Shown here: positions 18,640-27,594 of the stretch, piece by piece
Layout: every line of letters starts with the position of its first letter
Position numbering within the stretch: position 1 is the first letter of the stretch
IMG/VR virus record: IMGVR_UViG_3300033485_000031
Span: 1-46,268 of that record
DNA length: 46,268 bases
Reading direction: 5' to 3' (one strand)
Source: a virus
Taxonomy: Duplodnaviria > Caudoviricetes
Notes under the pieces: generated by a model
Databases searched by the model: none
What the model saw: the letters and a program-made list of their open reading frames with translations, nothing else
Told to the model about the DNA's origin: nothing
Position numbers and translations under genes: made by a program

Positions 18640-19008
18640 ATGCCACTTACCATAAATCAAAAGGCTGATAGTACAGTTTCTACGACGGATGGAACCCCGA
18701 CCACTTTGGCCACCATTGCAATTGCAGCGGGTGCGCCAGTTAATGTGATCGAATTTGAGCTTAAAGCTCGCGGAACTGAAAGCGCAACGGGGGATAACTT
18801 TACTCGCAAAATCGAAGGCACGATCAAGCGCTTTGGTGGTGCTGCTGCTGCGTTGGTTGGTGCTACCACCGTCTGGACGCGTCGAGACACAAACGCTGCA
18901 ACGTGGGATATCAGCGCGGCCGCATCTGGAAACAATCTTGTCGTCACTGTGACTGGACAAGGTGGAAAAACGATCGTGTGGACAATTCTTGAATCCACGT
19001 TTAGGTGA
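18640..19008 (+). CDS. Fibre-associated protein, paralogue B
   Basis: STTDGTPTTL motif; beta-rich. Confidence 0.65.
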   Translation: MPLTINQKADSTVSTTDGTPTTLATIAIAAGAPVNVIEFELKARGTESATGDNFTRKIEGTIKRFGGAAAALVGATTVWTRRDTNAATWDISAAASGNNLVVTVTGQGGKTIVWTILESTFR

Positions 19009-19012
19009 CGTA

Positions 19013-19435
19013 ATGGAAGATCAAATTCGCTGGGCGAAAGCCATCAACGAACTCACGCCGCTGATCGCGGTTTTGCTGTTTTTGGGCGCGCTTCTCGTAA
19101 TTGTGATCGTGTTGTGGCGAGGCGTCCCGAAGCTTGGAATTGTCGGCCTTGGAACCGAAATAAAGGCCGAATTGCTTGGGATTAAAACCGGCGTGGAACG
19201 CGGGATTGTGATGGGCGAACGGATGGAGGATCTTGTTGTTCGTTTAGAAGGGCGGATCCTGGCCCAGGTGGATCGGCAGGCGGCGGATCTTTCAGTGACG
19301 CGGCAGGAACTATCGGATCTGAAAGTGCGCTTCGCTCGCCTTGAAGGTGAGCTCTCCGCTCAATCTGCGCCCGTATCGTCGCGAGCAGGACCCGCAAGCC
19401 AAAGAGCGCTGCCCAAAGGCATCCCAGGGAAATAG
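19013..19435 (+). CDS. Holin- or spanin-like membrane protein (one TM plus coiled coil)
   Basis: Hydrophobic LIAVLLFLGALLVIVIVLW, then coiled coil; last gene of the late operon. Confidence 0.5.
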   Translation: MEDQIRWAKAINELTPLIAVLLFLGALLVIVIVLWRGVPKLGIVGLGTEIKAELLGIKTGVERGIVMGERMEDLVVRLEGRILAQVDRQAADLSVTRQELSDLKVRFARLEGELSAQSAPVSSRAGPASQRALPKGIPGK

Positions 19436-19461
19436 CCGCGCATGCAGCGGGCACCCACAGA

Positions 19462-20022
19462 TCAGCCCGCACGGCGCGCAAGCCTCCACGACACCACCGC
19501 CAACACGGCAATATCCACGACCACCCCGCCGAGCATTGAGCCCCCAAAAGCCCAAAACACCGCTGCAACGGCGTTCCCGATCAGCCCAGCGATCACGGGC
19601 AGCACGATCCACCAATCCACAAGCGCCCGCCGATAATAGGCGCCCCCAAGCCCAGCGCCAGCGCAGAACGCAAAGGCCAGCGCATAGCCCACACCGCAGG
19701 CCTCCAGGCGCGAAGCTGGAAAGCCGAATTGGAGCACTGCCCAGCCAAGCCCCAAAGCGAAGCCTACGGCGCCCAAGGCCATCGCCAGAGCCGCCCAAGC
19801 CCATCGCCCGCCGGAAAGTACGCCGGCGCCCAAAACCAGAGCCGCAGAGCCAGCCGCGGCAAGCGCATAGAGCACGGGCTGCCAGGGCCACCCCGGCGCA
19901 AGGCCTGCCGAAACATCAGCGGCCAAAAGGCCAAGCAATGAGGTGCCGATCTCCATTCGCCCACGTGCCAGAGCAATCAGGCACGCGAGCGCAACGCTTG
20001 TAATGTGCAATGTATGAATCAT
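19462..20022 (-). CDS. Multi-pass membrane protein
   Basis: About six hydrophobic segments; coupled to the upstream ORF. Confidence 0.65.
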   Translation of the reverse strand: MIHTLHITSVALACLIALARGRMEIGTSLLGLLAADVSAGLAPGWPWQPVLYALAAAGSAALVLGAGVLSGGRWAWAALAMALGAVGFALGLGWAVLQFGFPASRLEACGVGYALAFAFCAGAGLGGAYYRRALVDWWIVLPVIAGLIGNAVAAVFWAFGGSMLGGVVVDIAVLAVVSWRLARRAG

Positions 20023-20624
20023 TGGCGATCCGGCGGCGGAGGGGGGGGCTCAGGATCGCCGGGCCCAATGTCTGCGGCTCTGTAAAGCGCGAAAGACTGT
20101 TCCCACGCTTTCAAACCAAACGCCGGGCCCTGCTTTTTCCAAGCCTGGGGAACGTCCTGCGTCGCCCACCACGCGTCATAATCCTTGCGCCGCTGCTCTT
20201 CGCTGGGCAAGGCCTTCGTGGGCGCGTCAAATAGCGGCTGGTTGCGATTGATCGCGCGAGCGATCTTGTCAAGTTCCGCCTTTTCTTCAGGAGTGCAAGC
20301 CTGATATCCGACAGGATTTGTCAAACCTTGCGGCGCAAGTCGTTCAAATACCAGGGCGCCAGTCCATTCCCCATATGCCTTCGTCGGGGGCGGAGGCGGA
20401 GGATCTGGATCGCCTGGGCCAATTGCGATCGGCTCGGATGTGGGCTCCGGGAGCAGCCGCACGACTTCGCACGAGGCCACAAGACCGATCCGTTCGTGGA
20501 CGGAAAACCGAACGCCCGGATCCTCGATCTTGTTCGCCGCCGACTTTGCCTTAATCACCGCCGCCGCAAGCTCTTCCACCGTTTGGCACCCACGGAACTT
20601 CAAAACAGATTCTTGCACGTTCAT
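20019..20624 (-). CDS. Hypothetical protein with duplicated IGPGDP[DE]PPPPPP motif
   Basis: RBS GAGGAAAGGA; motif occurs mid-protein and at the C-terminus. Confidence 0.7.
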   Translation of the reverse strand: MNVQESVLKFRGCQTVEELAAAVIKAKSAANKIEDPGVRFSVHERIGLVASCEVVRLLPEPTSEPIAIGPGDPDPPPPPPTKAYGEWTGALVFERLAPQGLTNPVGYQACTPEEKAELDKIARAINRNQPLFDAPTKALPSEEQRRKDYDAWWATQDVPQAWKKQGPAFGLKAWEQSFALYRAADIGPGDPEPPPPPPDRQ

Positions 20625-21136
20625 TTTCCTTTTCCTCTTCTGATTCGGCCGCCCAATGTGGCCGGCTGATGTTCAATCGGAGCTTCGCCGCCGTATTGCA
20701 GGCCAAGCTTCGTCAAGATTTCCGCCCCCAAAATTATCGTGTGGCAATGGCCTAAATCTCGATGTTTTTTCGCACAATAGCAAAGCAAAACGATGTCTTC
20801 GCTCTGCGCGAATCGAATGAGCCAATCCCAGGCCATGCGATCTACCTTGTACGACACCCGCATCTATGAAAGGTAGGCTTCGCGGTAGTCCGCCCACAGC
20901 TTTTCAGATGCCGCTTTAAACTGCTCTTTGACCTCTCCAAGGCCTTCCGCAGCGGCGCCGATTGCGGCTTCCTGCTCCGCCCGGTCGAGCTGTTTTCGCT
21001 GTTCCAGGAAGCCGCGCAGAAGTGCCCAGCTTGGGGCAAATGCTAGGCCCACCCCGCCCGTGCCCCTGGACACATCGAGCCTCTTGAGCGGGCCGCAATA
21101 GGTAATTCGCGCGCTGTAGATCACATGTCTGCCCAT
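20621..21136 (-). pseudogene. DUF488-like gene interrupted by in-frame TAG at 20864-20866
   Basis: FAPSWALL...WADYREAYLS*MRVSY...IVLLCYC...HCH all in one frame. Confidence 0.65.
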
Positions 21137-21202
21137 TTTTCGCCGAACCAATGCGCGGCGATTGCGGCGCAAACGAGCAACAACGGCGTGCACAAAACGG
21201 CC

Positions 21203-21574
21203 TCAAACAAGGTAGCTGCTCCTCTCCGCTCCGCCTATGCTGTCGTCCTGCTGTTGGTCAAGCCAATTTATCGCGGCGCAAATCACATGCTCGTGCTCGC
21301 CCTCATCACGCGCCCATTGGCCGTGCACCGCGACGAGCTCGCCCGTTTCCCCGTCGTGCTGCAAGCGTTGGGCGAGAATTTCGACGCCATCCACGCGCCA
21401 TCGGCGCATGCGCTTACGCTCAAATAGCTTTAGCACCACGCTCCGCCCGATAATCCCTTTGCGCTTGAAGTGCATCAAAAGCGCGCCGCATTCACCATCG
21501 AAAAGAGCCTTCAACCCGTCCCGCGCGTTCACCCAATCGGCAATTTCGGTTGCCTTGTCGAGAAGCTTTTCCAT
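21203..21574 (-). CDS. Hypothetical protein
   Basis: ATG directly after the upstream stop; 123 aa. Confidence 0.6.
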   Translation of the reverse strand: MEKLLDKATEIADWVNARDGLKALFDGECGALLMHFKRKGIIGRSVVLKLFERKRMRRWRVDGVEILAQRLQHDGETGELVAVHGQWARDEGEHEHVICAAINWLDQQQDDSIGGAERSSYLV

Positions 21575-21575
21575 A

Positions 21576-22280
21576 TCAATTATCGCTTATGATTCGGGTG
21601 ACGACCCAATGGTTTTTCTTTATTCTCATCCATACCGCCGTAAAGCCTTTCCCGGCATGCGTCATCCTCACCGCCCATTCGCCGTTTGGCTTGCGCTTCA
21701 CGAGCTTTTCGAGGTGCCGCAACATCATCCAGCCGTTGCGCTGAAACTTGCGCGGCGGCCCGCTGAACATACCAAAGCACATGACCTCGTTGCCGTCGCA
21801 ATATATTGCAGTCCATCCATATGTGGAGTTTATGGCCGTGCTCCTTTTTCCGAGCACCATGCCCACTTTGAGCCCGTCGTTTGTCCACGAAACCAAGGCA
21901 TTTCGCAGGTCAAGTTTTTCTTTGGGCGCATCCTCGTCAATGATCACCTTGCCCGTTTCCGGATCCACTTTCCGTGGGCTTAGATAGATCACATTTTTCG
22001 CGACCCTTTCGGCATAGCGCTTTCGGTGCTCCGCGTGCCTTGTCTTTCGGCTCAGTCGTGAGCGCTTTTTGGCCAGCGTGTACGCCTCAAAAACAGCTTT
22101 TTGCATAGCCGCCGTCTTGCCATAGCGTCTTTGATTTGTTTGACCCTCAATCATCGCCTGAATCCTTTGCTCCTCAATTTTGGCAAATTGGCGAGCAGCA
22201 CATGAATACCATGGGGCGTATTGGAAACCCCAGGCTGTTTCAAAAGCCTTTCGATGCGCCTCAAACTCTTTTTTATTCAT
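21576..22280 (-). CDS. Hypothetical basic protein
   Basis: AGGA RBS; overlaps the stop of the DUF5131 gene. Confidence 0.65.
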   Translation of the reverse strand: MNKKEFEAHRKAFETAWGFQYAPWYSCAARQFAKIEEQRIQAMIEGQTNQRRYGKTAAMQKAVFEAYTLAKKRSRLSRKTRHAEHRKRYAERVAKNVIYLSPRKVDPETGKVIIDEDAPKEKLDLRNALVSWTNDGLKVGMVLGKRSTAINSTYGWTAIYCDGNEVMCFGMFSGPPRKFQRNGWMMLRHLEKLVKRKPNGEWAVRMTHAGKGFTAVWMRIKKNHWVVTRIISDN

Positions 22281-23158
22281 AGCAGTTTTCCTTGCATCGG
22301 TTTTGGATAGCAGCCCTGCGCCGGATACTCACGCACGCGGAGATGGGGCGGCAGCTTGGAAACGTCCTCGATTGCCTGCCCGCGTCTTCCAATGCCCAGA
22401 AGCTTGGCGTCCAGTTGCTTGGGAAAAAACTTCGCACCAGCGATGAGGCATTGCGCTTTGGCGGATTCGCCCCGATACAGCGGCACTACGCGCGCCTTAG
22501 ATCCGCTTTCAGAGCCAAAAATAAGCCATTGCACGCGACCTTGCCGATTGCCCAACACGCTTGAAAAATCAACATCGCCCAAAGCCGGCTCGTAGCTGAT
22601 GAAATGCACGGGCGCAGGCGCTATCATCGCTTCCTTTGCGCGCCACAGATACGGCTGTGATTCGACGGTCACGCCGTACCAAACGTTCGCAGGCCATTGC
22701 CCTTTCATCCACTCCCAAGGGCATACTCTGTTAAAAACATCGGGCCGCTTTGTTAAAAAAAGCCATAGCAAGTTAGGCGTTTGCGGCACCAATTCATCAA
22801 ACACCATGCGCCGCTTCGCGTCCAGATTGCGCCTATCCTCTGCGATATCCATCATGGAGCCGCAAAACACCGCGTGCTGTTCCCCTGCCTTAAACGCTTT
22901 TGCATTCCAGTCCAGCGGCGCAGTGTCGTGGGCAGCTTTGAAGTCAAGCCGTCGTGCGCTTCCGGCTCCCCATAGATCATTTCCGAGCCTGTGCGCAAAA
23001 GCCTCGGCGTAGCAGTTCTCGCATGCTGGGCTGTTCGTGTCGCCATCGCGTCCAGAAGCTTTTTCACACCCCCACCACGGATTGAAGGTATACCCGGGCA
23101 TCAAGGATCCGTCCGCCCGCGGGAAATGCGCCCACGGGATTTTTGTTTCCGCGCTCAC
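22277..23158 (-). CDS. DUF5131 / phage Gp37-Gp68 family protein (three-Cys, radical-SAM-like)
   Basis: FNPWWGCEKAS...ACENCYAE, VFCGSMMD, LTKRP, NVWYGVTVE, FISYEPALG, WLIFGSESG, FFPKQ. Confidence 0.9.
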   Translation of the reverse strand: MSAETKIPWAHFPRADGSLMPGYTFNPWWGCEKASGRDGDTNSPACENCYAEAFAHRLGNDLWGAGSARRLDFKAAHDTAPLDWNAKAFKAGEQHAVFCGSMMDIAEDRRNLDAKRRMVFDELVPQTPNLLWLFLTKRPDVFNRVCPWEWMKGQWPANVWYGVTVESQPYLWRAKEAMIAPAPVHFISYEPALGDVDFSSVLGNRQGRVQWLIFGSESGSKARVVPLYRGESAKAQCLIAGAKFFPKQLDAKLLGIGRRGQAIEDVSKLPPHLRVREYPAQGCYPKPMQGKLL

Positions 23159-23361
23159 CTAGGCCTCCAATTCTTCCAAAAAAAGTGCACGTCGTAAGCC
23201 ACTGAGTTAAGGATATCTTTGCGTCGATACCGCTTACAAGATCTTGCCTTGCGTTCGCATTGGGTTACGGATTGATCTCGGATACGATTTAACTCCTTTA
23301 GCGCGCGTTTTTCCAATACAAGATACCAATGCCGCACCTTCCGCCTTGTGGGCCAGTTCAT
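23155..23361 (-). CDS. Small basic hypothetical protein
   Basis: Coupled on both sides. Confidence 0.55.
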   Translation of the reverse strand: MNWPTRRKVRHWYLVLEKRALKELNRIRDQSVTQCERKARSCKRYRRKDILNSVAYDVHFFWKNWRPR

Positions 23362-23858
23362 CGCGGCACAACCTTGACCGACGAAAGCGGATATGCCGCC
23401 CGCGGCCCTTCATCCTCCACAACGTCAACGATAATGCTTCCAAGCTCTGCGCCATCCCCAGAGGGCACAGCCCCATATGGGCCAACACAACCCCGAAAAA
23501 GCCGCGCGTCATCGGCCACCTGAACGCGATCGCCCGGCTTCGGGATCGGGCCAAGCGGCGTGATCATCCGAAGATCAAAGCCAATTGCTTCGATTTCCGG
23601 CACGGTCAGAACCGTGCCCTCTGGCGCGCGCCCCAACAACTTGAAGCACAGTGCCGGCCCATCGCCGTTGAACGGCATGCGATCGTAGGCGACAGACACT
23701 CCCAGAAGTTTTGTGAGGATCTTCGCCGTGCTTTCGTGACCGACGTGGGACCTATATCCCATCTTGCGCACAAGGCTGCGCGCTTGCAACACGCTCACAG
23801 GGATGGCGGCGAACACCCCAGAAGATACCAAAATTGTAGTGTTTAAAATTGCGATCAT
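23358..23858 (-). CDS. DUF1874 / STIV B116 / AcrIII-1-like cA4 ring nuclease with C-terminal extension
   Basis: ILNTTIL...SHVGHESTAKILTKLLGVSV..DR...FKLLGRAPEGTVLT..EIEAIGF follows the AcrIII-1/YddF pattern, including the catalytic GH. Confidence 0.88.
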   Translation of the reverse strand: MIAILNTTILVSSGVFAAIPVSVLQARSLVRKMGYRSHVGHESTAKILTKLLGVSVAYDRMPFNGDGPALCFKLLGRAPEGTVLTVPEIEAIGFDLRMITPLGPIPKPGDRVQVADDARLFRGCVGPYGAVPSGDGAELGSIIVDVVEDEGPRAAYPLSSVKVVPR

Positions 23859-23870
23859 AATAACCGCTCT

Positions 23871-24218
23871 TCACCCGTCCAGAATCGCTATCAATTTCCA
23901 CCCAATTTTGCCGTCGCGCGGATCCCACCCAAGCATTTGGCAGGTTTCGCGGATCCGCTCGCACGCGCCACCCATCTCTTGCAGACTCAAAAAATCAACG
24001 TTCGCCGGCCCTCGCCAATCGCACGCGTACGCGACCCACGCGACGATCCAAAATTCGCCGTCGAGCAATCCGATCATGGTTCCATGTGGCTGGAATTGCT
24101 TGAACCGATCGTCCTCACCCGCTTCCAAAAGCAGCGCCTCTAAGTCGGCGCACCGTTCTTTCACGTTGACCGGAGCTTGCACCCCGTAAACCAAGTAGGC
24201 CTCAGCATTTTTGCTCAT
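23871..24218 (-). CDS. Hypothetical protein
   Basis: AGGAGG RBS; 115 aa. Confidence 0.75.
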   Translation of the reverse strand: MSKNAEAYLVYGVQAPVNVKERCADLEALLLEAGEDDRFKQFQPHGTMIGLLDGEFWIVAWVAYACDWRGPANVDFLSLQEMGGACERIRETCQMLGWDPRDGKIGWKLIAILDG

Positions 24219-24290
24219 CGTATCCTCCTAACGCCCAAAGCCCGGGGCTCTACGCCTACCGGGCTCAATACGTGATTAGATGTGCACCAG

Positions 24291-24653
24291 TCATTTGGAC
24301 TCTACCTCCGCCGCCCACTGCTCCCGCGCCTCAATCCAGCCGACGGTGACGATCATGCCGGCGACCTTTTTCACAAAGGCGCGGTCAATGCTTTGGTCAC
24401 AAGCGTATTGCGTAGGTATTCCCGCGGCTTTTAGAGCGCGGTATTCGTTCGGCGTCCAGCCGGCCTCCTTGCGTCGCCGCAGAAGCTCTTCACCGGCCGC
24501 CTGCCTGCGCTCGGCCACGGCCATTTCGGCGAGAAAAGGGGCCGCTTCTGGCGATTCCTTGGCCGTGGCAGCCACTCTATTTCGCGCCTGAGCAAGCCAA
24601 CGTTCGCTATACAGCCAAGCTTCCAACCGCTCATCTTTTGCAAACTCTTTCAT
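24291..24653 (-). CDS. Hypothetical protein
   Basis: GGAG RBS before MKEFAK. Confidence 0.6.
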   Translation of the reverse strand: MKEFAKDERLEAWLYSERWLAQARNRVAATAKESPEAAPFLAEMAVAERRQAAGEELLRRRKEAGWTPNEYRALKAAGIPTQYACDQSIDRAFVKKVAGMIVTVGWIEAREQWAAEVESK

Positions 24654-24688
24654 ACCCATTCTCCATTGCATTCCGCGTGCCAATCACG

Positions 24689-24997
24689 CTACGCACTTGT
24701 GCTGCCATCACACTCCACCAACTCTGCTGTGGCTGTGTCCCAGCAATCCCACACGGCGTCGACAATCTCCTTGTCGAGTTCGGCGAGGACGCACTCTTCC
24801 CACTCGCCTTGGACCCCGAGATCAACAAAGTCACCATCGAGATCGAACAAGCTAACCAACCCATCGCACTCATATTGTACGAGATACGGCTCCTCTCGGA
24901 GCAGAGCGTTCGAATACCATTTTCGCTCGCCAAGAACCTTAACGATCGTCAGCTCCGCATCGTCGCAGCCAGCTTCGCTTTTGATGAAATGTGCCAT
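24689..24997 (-). CDS. Acidic hypothetical protein
   Basis: AAGGAG RBS; very Asp/Glu-rich. Confidence 0.65.
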   Translation of the reverse strand: MAHFIKSEAGCDDAELTIVKVLGERKWYSNALLREEPYLVQYECDGLVSLFDLDGDFVDLGVQGEWEECVLAELDKEIVDAVWDCWDTATAELVECDGSTSA

Positions 24998-25018
24998 ATT
25001 TCTAGCTCCTTTGCCCAC

Positions 25019-25270
25019 TCACGCCACAAACTCAATCCAACCAAGCACGGCTTTGGTGCCGCGCACCCATCGCCCGCCGTCACAACGCGCGGTGACCGTC
25101 CCATCGTCGCAAAACACTTCGAGCGTGTAACCCTGCCCCGTGAGCCGCAACGCCTCCACGAGTTCGCCTCCATCTTTCAGATCGATCTCCCAAGCGTCGA
25201 CCTTCAAAAGAGTACCTTTGGAGGCTTCCCTAATTTGCGCTTCAATATCCGACAATTTGATGGGGTCCAT
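25019..25270 (-). CDS. Hypothetical protein
   Basis: GAGGAG RBS before MDPIKL. Confidence 0.65.
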   Translation of the reverse strand: MDPIKLSDIEAQIREASKGTLLKVDAWEIDLKDGGELVEALRLTGQGYTLEVFCDDGTVTARCDGGRWVRGTKAVLGWIEFVA

Positions 25271-25280
25271 TCGAAACTCC

Positions 25281-25601
25281 TCAGTAGCAATCGCGAACTT
25301 CAATATCGTATGCGCCCAAATATCGCGCATCATGCGCCTCTTCGGCTTCGTAATTCACTTTCGCGCGCTTTGCAGCCTCGCGCACCGTGATCGTCCAGCG
25401 GCTTTCGTATGCCTCGAATCCAGCATCTTTCAGCGCCCGCACAGCCTTGCTCACATCCTCGGCTTCATGGTTCGGGGATGCGCGCTTTTTGTTGTGGATA
25501 AGGTCTACAAGTTTCTGATGTTGGGCATTTGTCTTGACGACAAAGATGCCACCCATACCCGCCGCCTTCAATGCCTCATCGATTCGTTCCGCCTTGCTCA
25601 T
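25281..25601 (-). CDS. Hypothetical protein, first gene of the leftward early operon
   Basis: Start MSK lies inside the left inverted-repeat arm. Confidence 0.65.
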   Translation of the reverse strand: MSKAERIDEALKAAGMGGIFVVKTNAQHQKLVDLIHNKKRASPNHEAEDVSKAVRALKDAGFEAYESRWTITVREAAKRAKVNYEAEEAHDARYLGAYDIEVRDCY

Positions 25602-25956
25602 GCGGAACGATATATACACGTCCTGTGCCAAGGCCACGGGGAAGCCAGTTTTGCAAAAAGCGCTTGTTTTTCGGCGGTGGCGCCGTTCGCGTAAGACTAA
25701 AAGTGAGGTCCGGCGATCTCACTTGAGGCACACAGTCGGCATCACGAGCCCCGCAGGCCTTAGCCGGCAAAGAAAAGCGTGCCAATCATCCGCTATGAAG
25801 TCAAAACCAGGCAGTGAGGAGTGCCGTAGTCCTCACTTGATGCTTTCAGTCCTCAATTCTGGCCCGCACCGTTTTTGATCACGCCCTCAAAAACAAGCTG
25901 AAACGTGCTTTTGATTGATGGCACGAACCGTGTATATATCGTTCCGCATGAGCAAG
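25593..25956. repeat. 28-bp perfect inverted repeat (25593-25620 / 25929-25956) enclosing a divergent control region
   Basis: CGTGTATATATCGTTCCGCATGAGCAAG on both strands, each preceded by TGGCAC at the same spacing. Confidence 0.92.
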
Positions 25957-26211
25957 ACAATGTTTGACAAGGCCACCAAACTGATAACGGAAAGAGCAGC
26001 CGGAAACGGTTGGGCGCAATGGAGCGAGCTGCTTGCGGCCGAGGGCTTCCCCCAAATACCGATCACCGAGGTATCGATGTGGGCAGGTGCCTATAGGCAC
26101 GGTGAGGCCATCCCGGAAGCGGTCGTGCCTCATGCTAGTTTGTATAATGCGATGCGCCCCCATATGCGTAAGATCCCTGGCGAGCCAGTGCGCTTTGTGG
26201 GGGTGTCATGA
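25948..26211 (+). CDS. Hypothetical protein, first gene of the rightward operon
   Basis: Start MSK lies inside the right inverted-repeat arm. Confidence 0.65.
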   Translation: MSKTMFDKATKLITERAAGNGWAQWSELLAAEGFPQIPITEVSMWAGAYRHGEAIPEAVVPHASLYNAMRPHMRKIPGEPVRFVGVS

Positions 26212-26498
26212 AAGTTGTTTTAATACTCGCCGATAAGTCCAGCAGGCCAGCGGCACCACCCGCGGCCGACAGCTCCTTTGCCATTGCCGATGGCGCATGC
26301 CCGGCGTGTAAGCGTGCTCCATTCCGCGTGCATGGCCGACGAATTGAAATAGCGGCCGACGATCGCCATTGGGAGGCGGAGGCGCATTGCCTGGATTGTT
26401 GCGCAGAGGTGGGGATTCTCCGCGTTGGGCCGGTTGAAACGATCTTTGGACTCACTGAGGACGCCGCCGTTTTGAATGGGCGCGCCCGCGTCTATTGA
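26208..26498 (+). CDS. Zinc-ribbon-like hypothetical protein
   Basis: CPAC...CLDC; ATGA coupling. Confidence 0.65.
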   Translation: MKVVLILADKSSRPAAPPAADSSFAIADGACPACKRAPFRVHGRRIEIAADDRHWEAEAHCLDCCAEVGILRVGPVETIFGLTEDAAVLNGRARVY

Positions 26499-26505
26499 TA
26501 CGCCA

Positions 26506-26907
26506 ATGGAAGACGAATGCGTGATTGAAAGGTTCGTTTGGGGATACCACGATATTATGTCGGGGGAGGTGTTTTCGGCAAATTGGCAAGCCCTTGAAAG
26601 CACATACCAAAATATCGACGATGCAGAAAGGGCAATGCAAACATTACCAATTGGGCTGTATCGTATAAAGGGCCTTTGCGCGCCTTGGATTGTCGGCCAT
26701 ATTGGCGATGTTTTTTATGCTTGCATTTGCGTCGATAACGATATTGTCGCCAATATGTTTTTCCCGTCTGAATTGGATGCCCGCCTTTGGGTGGCTGATG
26801 AAATGCTTACGCGTCCCTGCCGGTGTGCGAAGACACATCGATGTCATCGTGCCGGATGTATTAAAGCTGTTTACATAATTAAAAGGACCAACGATGGACG
26901 AGCGTAG
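26506..26907 (+). CDS. Hypothetical protein
   Basis: Continuous ORF in a lower-GC block. Confidence 0.5.
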   Translation: MEDECVIERFVWGYHDIMSGEVFSANWQALESTYQNIDDAERAMQTLPIGLYRIKGLCAPWIVGHIGDVFYACICVDNDIVANMFFPSELDARLWVADEMLTRPCRCAKTHRCHRAGCIKAVYIIKRTNDGRA

Positions 26908-27142
26908 TTTTGTTGTAATTGTGGCTGGATTGGCGTATGACCTTCGCGTAAATTATCTGGCTGAATATCTGCTTGGAGCGATACGAAGCATAAGTATTTA
27001 TGGGATCGGTCGATATCGCCGTCAGTGCCTTTTTTACCTCGATGGATCTGATGGCTATATGAGACTGGAGGGAGTCGCCGAATGGGAGCCCTTTGACGCC
27101 GATAAAATTAGGCGGGCAGTCGAAGCCTGGAGAGCAGACTGA
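26894..27142 (+). CDS. Hypothetical protein
   Basis: AAGGA RBS; 82 aa. Confidence 0.6.
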   Translation: MDERSFVVIVAGLAYDLRVNYLAEYLLGAIRSISIYGIGRYRRQCLFYLDGSDGYMRLEGVAEWEPFDADKIRRAVEAWRAD

Positions 27143-27180
27143 CCACGAAGCTTATTTCGAGCGCATTCCGCAGCCGTGGC

Positions 27181-27594
27181 ATGGACGTTTGGGCTTCCAA
27201 AAAGGCGATGACGCTTGCGCGCTTGTCATTTCGGGCCTTTTCCGCCAAAGACGTGCTGTTGCGCGCACTAAACCGGCCAGAAGGCGGCGAGCAAAGGGAG
27301 CTGCGCGTGACATTGATGGAGCTCACCATTGCGGCGGACTGTGACAATATACCCACCAACAACTACCGCTTGTTTAACTTGCTATGCCGGCTTGGGCTTC
27401 TACGCCAATCCGGTTGCGTTCAGATTATGAAGCGCTCAACGGGCAGGTCCTCCCGCTGCGTCAACGGCTATATTACCGTACCAACGCTTAAAATAATAAC
27501 GCCGAAAAGAATAATTATTATTGATGGGGAGCGGCCACACGAACTGATAGTTGCCGCTTGCAAAGAAGCAAATGCAACTCTTCAGGATTGCTGA
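27181..27594 (+). CDS. Hypothetical basic protein (possible winged helix)
   Basis: 137 aa ORF ending at the convergent exonuclease gene. Confidence 0.45.
   Translation: MDVWASKKAMTLARLSFRAFSAKDVLLRALNRPEGGEQRELRVTLMELTIAADCDNIPTNNYRLFNLLCRLGLLRQSGCVQIMKRSTGRSSRCVNGYITVPTLKIITPKRIIIIDGERPHELIVAACKEANATLQDC

Noticed and set aside
16931-19008. Diversity-generating retroelement or invertible tail fibre cassette
   Set aside because: No reverse transcriptase, template/variable repeat pair, invertase or flanking inverted repeats found
20864-20866. Genome-wide TAG recoding
   Set aside because: Long genes are intact in code 11, TAG ends other genes, and no suppressor tRNA was seen
25281-26211. Shared protein motif VYISFRMSK in two ORFs
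   Set aside because: A by-product of the DNA inverted repeat; the likely starts are the internal ATG (MSK) and the proteins are otherwise unrelated
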